From positions 124,113 through 188,112 of the forward strand of contig NZ_CBDIPG010000002.1 in NCBI RefSeq assembly GCF_965283645.1: DNA of 64,000 bases. The letters run 5' to 3'. This document shows positions 59,938-64,000 of this stretch, one piece after another. Below the pieces are notes generated by a model that did not search any database, was not told where the DNA came from, and was given only the letters and a program-made list of their open reading frames with translations. This stretch comes from Kordia sp. GTDB taxonomy: Bacteria > Bacteroidota > Bacteroidia > Flavobacteriales > Flavobacteriaceae. Within the stretch, counting starts at the first letter, position 1. Every line of letters begins with the position of its first letter. Made by a program: the position numbers and the translations under genes.

Positions 59938-62868
59938 TTATTTTATTTCTATTTCATCCACAAATAACCAGGAACGTCCATCATGTTCGTAACCTAAATG
60001 CCATTCTGGAAGTACGCCCAATTTCTTAGCAACTACTTTTACATAGCGTGCTTTTTTGCCTTTAAAAGCAAATGTAAATTTTTTAACCTTTGGTTTTTCA
60101 ACGGCTACTAATTCTCCAAAATCACCTTTATGTATAGATTTGAAGTTCTTTCCATCGGTAGAAACTAAAAATTCAACTTCTGTTGGTAAAAATATCCAAG
60201 ATTTCTGGTCTTGCAAGAAATTTAAGGTGATTTCACTGATGTCTTTTTCACTTCCCAAATCAACGGTTGCAATCAGGTCTTTATCAAAATATCCTTGCCA
60301 CGTTCCTGTACGGAAATCTTCGGTTCCAAAAATACCATCAATTAGTGCATTTTCTCCACCAGCATTGTATTGATTGGCGTATTCAGTTCCAAGACTAATT
60401 TTTAAATTTGGATCAATTTTAAAGAATTCTGTCGTGATGTTGGCACTTTTTTGATCGCCACGTTGTGCATACGTTTTCAATACACTTTTTTCTGAAATCG
60501 TAAAAGGTTTAGTGTACTCAATGTGCTTATCTCCAAAACTATAATAAACTTTAGCTTCTTTATCAACCGTTTGTAATGTAACTTCCGTTTCTCCTTTAAA
60601 CGCAATATCACCTTTGGCAATAAATGGCGGCGGTACAATTTTGTATTCTGTAATTGCTGTAACAGGAATATTTTCATCTTGCGTTCCCCAATCTGTAGCT
60701 TCGTTTGTCATTTCGAACACTAAATTTCCACCATTCATAATGTCTTGATGATTGATGAACGTTTTTGGATGATTCTCTCCGTTTAAGCTTACTGATTTGA
60801 TATAGATATTCTCTTTCGAACTATTATTAGCTGTAATTGTAAACGTTTTTCCGTTTTCCAGATTGATTGTTGCTTTGTCAAATAATGGCGTTCCGATGAT
60901 ATATTCATTCGTTCCTGGAGTTACGGAGTAAAATCCTAAACTGCTCAAAACGTACCACGCGCTCATTTGTCCGCAATCTTCATTTCCAGAAACACCATCA
61001 GGTTCGTTTTTGTATAATGTTGTTAAGATTTGATGTACATATTCCTGTGTTTTTGACGGTTTATTGATGAAGTTGTACAAATATGCCATGTGATGACTTG
61101 GCTCGTTTCCGTGCGCATATTGACCAATTAAACCGGTAATATCTGCCTGATTGCGTCCAGAAGTTTCTTGATGTGCCGTAAATAACTTGTCCAATTGTGC
61201 TTCTAACTTGTCTTTTCCACCTAACAAATCTATGAATCCGGAAACATCTTGTGGCACGTAAAAACTGTATTGCCATGAGTTGGCTTCTGTGTAGTTAAAG
61301 TTTACTTCATACGGATCAAACGGTGCAAACCACGTATTTCTAAAACGTCCGCGCATAAATTGCGTTTCTGGATCAAATACGTTTTTATAGTATTGTGCAC
61401 GTTTGGTAAATTCTTCATAATCTGTAGTATTTCCTATTGCTTTTGCCATTTGGGCAATTGTCCAATCGTCATAGGCATATTCTAAAGTTTTAGACACGGA
61501 TTCTGATTCTTTTTCTACAGGAATGTATCCTAATTTTTTATAGTAATCCAAGCCAAGTTTATCACGTGTAGCACTGTGTTTCATTGCTTCAAATGCTTTG
61601 TCAACATCATACTCGCGAATTCCTTTCATGTACGCATCTGCAATAACAGGAACCGCGTGATACCCAATCATACAACCTGTATAGTTGGCAGATAAATCCC
61701 AAATGGGCATAATACCGCCAGATTCATATTTTTTGATAAACGTTTTAATGAAATCGTTTGTACGCTCTTGCTCAATAATTGTGTACAGTGGATGTGCCGC
61801 ACGATACGTATCCCACAAAGAGAAAACTGTGTAATGTGTATGATTGTCCGATTGGTAAATTTCTAAATCCATATCGCGGTAACGCCCATCTACATCTTGG
61901 TATAAGTTTGGTGCTAACATTGTATGATACAATGCTGTGTAAAAGTTTGTCTTGTAATCTACATCATCACTTTCAATCACAATCTTTTCTAATTGTTTTT
62001 CCCAAGTTTCTTGTGCTATTTGTTTCACTTCATCAAACGACTTCGCTCCTATTTCTTGTTCCAGGTTTTTCTTCGCGCCTTCCACATCAACCGCCGAAAT
62101 TCCAATTTTTATAACAATTGGTTCGTTGTTTGGGTTTATAAATGTCAAAGCTGATCGTCTTGCGCCTGGCATTCCTTGTTTTGGTGGCGATTGCAACATG
62201 TCATTGAAAGGATGTGACGTTTGTATTACATAGAATAAACGTTGATCACTTGCCCAAGCTTCCGAAAAACGGTATCCAACAATTTCCGTATCAGAAATCT
62301 TTTCAATTTTTGCATCTAATACTTTATCACGATGTACCAAATCTAACATCACAACTTGATTTTCTGCTGAAGGAAATGTGTATTTATGCATTCCGCTTCG
62401 TTCCGAAACTGTTAATTCTACATTAATATTGGTACTGTCTAAATGTACTTTGTAATAACCTGGCTCTGCAACTTCATTGTCATGAGAAAAGTGTGCACGA
62501 TAGCCTTTTTTACCATCAGCGCCGTTATTGAAATTAATTTCGTTGGTTGGCATTAACAAAATATCTCCATAATCGGAAACACCTGTTCCACTTAAATGTG
62601 TATGTGAAAAACCATAAATATAACTGTCTGAATAATGGTAACCAGAACAACCGTCCCAGCCATCCAAGCGTGTGTCTGGACTGAGTTGCATCATACCAAA
62701 TGGCATGGTTGCGCCTGGATATGTATGTCCATGTCCGCCAGTTCCAATAAAAGGGTTTACATAGGAAATGAGAGTTTTGTCTTTTTGAGCTATTTCAACT
62801 TTAGGAGTTTTGTTACATCCTAGAAATAGTAATGTAATAATAAAAATAGAGGTTAGTTGGAGTTTCAT
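59938..62868 (-). CDS. GH92 alpha-mannosidase lipoprotein with C-terminal accessory domains
   Basis: YVNPFIGTGGHGHT, SLWDTYRA, QYAHGNEPSHH, GNEDCGQMSAWY. Confidence 0.95.
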   Translation of the reverse strand: MKLQLTSIFIITLLFLGCNKTPKVEIAQKDKTLISYVNPFIGTGGHGHTYPGATMPFGMMQLSPDTRLDGWDGCSGYHYSDSYIYGFSHTHLSGTGVSDYGDILLMPTNEINFNNGADGKKGYRAHFSHDNEVAEPGYYKVHLDSTNINVELTVSERSGMHKYTFPSAENQVVMLDLVHRDKVLDAKIEKISDTEIVGYRFSEAWASDQRLFYVIQTSHPFNDMLQSPPKQGMPGARRSALTFINPNNEPIVIKIGISAVDVEGAKKNLEQEIGAKSFDEVKQIAQETWEKQLEKIVIESDDVDYKTNFYTALYHTMLAPNLYQDVDGRYRDMDLEIYQSDNHTHYTVFSLWDTYRAAHPLYTIIEQERTNDFIKTFIKKYESGGIMPIWDLSANYTGCMIGYHAVPVIADAYMKGIREYDVDKAFEAMKHSATRDKLGLDYYKKLGYIPVEKESESVSKTLEYAYDDWTIAQMAKAIGNTTDYEEFTKRAQYYKNVFDPETQFMRGRFRNTWFAPFDPYEVNFNYTEANSWQYSFYVPQDVSGFIDLLGGKDKLEAQLDKLFTAHQETSGRNQADITGLIGQYAHGNEPSHHMAYLYNFINKPSKTQEYVHQILTTLYKNEPDGVSGNEDCGQMSAWYVLSSLGFYSVTPGTNEYIIGTPLFDKATINLENGKTFTITANNSSKENIYIKSVSLNGENHPKTFINHQDIMNGGNLVFEMTNEATDWGTQDENIPVTAITEYKIVPPPFIAKGDIAFKGETEVTLQTVDKEAKVYYSFGDKHIEYTKPFTISEKSVLKTYAQRGDQKSANITTEFFKIDPNLKISLGTEYANQYNAGGENALIDGIFGTEDFRTGTWQGYFDKDLIATVDLGSEKDISEITLNFLQDQKSWIFLPTEVEFLVSTDGKNFKSIHKGDFGELVAVEKPKVKKFTFAFKGKKARYVKVVAKKLGVLPEWHLGYEHDGRSWLFVDEIEIK

Positions 62869-62907
62869 TAAATAGATTGCTAAATTTATGGCATCTAATA
62901 TACTAAA

Positions 62908-64000
62908 ATGAGAAGCAATATTTTTTTCAAATTCATAATTTTCCTGTGTTTTATTGGTTGCTCAAAACCACAATCTGCACTTAGACCGCATATCATACCG
63001 ATTCCCAATGAATTTAACATGCAAGAAGGTGTTTTTATATTGGATGAAAAAGTTTCGCTTCACGCAGATGATAAATTACAGTCCGTTGCAAATTTCTTTA
63101 ATACATATTTAAAAGAAAAATTAGGCTATAGCCTGAAAACACAAAGCAGTTCAACTACAAAAAACATTGTATTTCAACTTGATGAAACAATTGAAAATGA
63201 TGAAGGATATGAATTGATTGTTGATACTTCTCAGATCATCATCAAAGCAAAAACTGAAAAAGGTGCTTTTTATGCGTTTCAAACTTTTCGCCAATTGTTA
63301 CCAACAACTATTGAAAGTGATCAAATTGCCATTCGGAATTTAGCCATAAAAGATGCGCCGCGTTTTGTGTACAGAGGAATGCATTTAGATGTTTCACGTC
63401 ATCTATTTTCTGTAGATTTTATCAAGAAATATATTGACATGATTGCCATGTTGAAGATGAATACGTTTCATTGGCACTTAACCGACGATCAAGGTTGGCG
63501 AATTGAAATTAAACAATATCCTGAATTACAGAAAGTTGCCGCGTATCGTGATGAAACATTGATTGGTCATTATAACGATTCACCTCAACAGTTTGATGGA
63601 AAAAAATATGGTGGATTTTACACACAGGACGACGTAAAATCGATTGTAGCATATGCTTCTGAACGATATGTTACAGTTATTCCTGAAATAGAAATGCCCG
63701 GACATTCCCAAGCGGCAATTGCGGCGTATCCAAATTTAGGTTGTACAGGCGAGAACACGAAAGTTGCAACAAAATGGGGCGTTTTTGAGGATATTTATTG
63801 TCCAAAAGAAGAAACTTTCACGTTTTTAGAACATGTATTGGATGAAGTTATGCCGTTGTTTCCAGGAAATTACATTCATATTGGTGGTGATGAAGCGCCA
63901 AAAACACGTTGGAAAGCTTGTGAGCATTGTCAGGCATTGATCAAAAAGGAAGATTTAAAAGACGAACATGGACTGCAAAGTTATTTTATTGCTCGCATGG
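62908..64000 (+). CDS. GH20 beta-N-acetylhexosaminidase lipoprotein (runs off the window; absent from the ORF track)
   Basis: MRSNIFF..FIGC lipobox; YRGMHLDVSRH, FHWHLTDDQGWR, PEIEMPGH, HIGGDEAP. Confidence 0.93.
   Translation, partial: MRSNIFFKFIIFLCFIGCSKPQSALRPHIIPIPNEFNMQEGVFILDEKVSLHADDKLQSVANFFNTYLKEKLGYSLKTQSSSTTKNIVFQLDETIENDEGYELIVDTSQIIIKAKTEKGAFYAFQTFRQLLPTTIESDQIAIRNLAIKDAPRFVYRGMHLDVSRHLFSVDFIKKYIDMIAMLKMNTFHWHLTDDQGWRIEIKQYPELQKVAAYRDETLIGHYNDSPQQFDGKKYGGFYTQDDVKSIVAYASERYVTVIPEIEMPGHSQAAIAAYPNLGCTGENTKVATKWGVFEDIYCPKEETFTFLEHVLDEVMPLFPGNYIHIGGDEAPKTRWKACEHCQALIKKEDLKDEHGLQSYFIARM

Overview
This is a 64 kb AT-rich chromosomal segment of a Bacteroidota (Flavobacteriaceae-like) bacterium. 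The assignment rests on TAnnTTTG -7 promoter boxes, T9SS cargo proteins, a DUF4835/PorD-like gene and Flavobacteria-type synteny; a Kordia-like marine genus is a guess only. Most of the window is housekeeping: mqo, deoC/deoD, smpB, pcm, hbd, yggS, miaA, a two-component pair, coaE, fabI, recN, coaBC, rpoZ, bamD, dapA, ligA, and an N-glycan catabolic cluster at the right end. The standout feature lies between smpB and an NRPS-like gene (about 6650-14340). It is a co-oriented array of about 9 gene cassettes separated by 58-200 bp folded sites of the form NNNNAAC-N3-GTRTAW...WTAYAC-N5/6-GTTNNNN. In six of them the first 9-10 bp are the exact reverse complement of the cassette's own last 9-10 bp, which is the signature of excisable, circularising integron-type cassettes. 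An attI/Pc-like leader sits at the smpB end, sites erode toward the distal end, and no recombinase gene occurs in the window. Cargo includes a pair of putative membrane-anchored histone-fold proteins, an HNH protein and an ORF-less cassette. Other notable items are a standalone A-ACP-alpha-oxoamine synthase-SCP2-like enzyme, two orphan Gly-Gly-leader RiPP precursors, a visible TetR operator, a frameshifted ion channel and an internally deleted paralogue. All calls come from reading the sequence and motif recognition; no searches were run.
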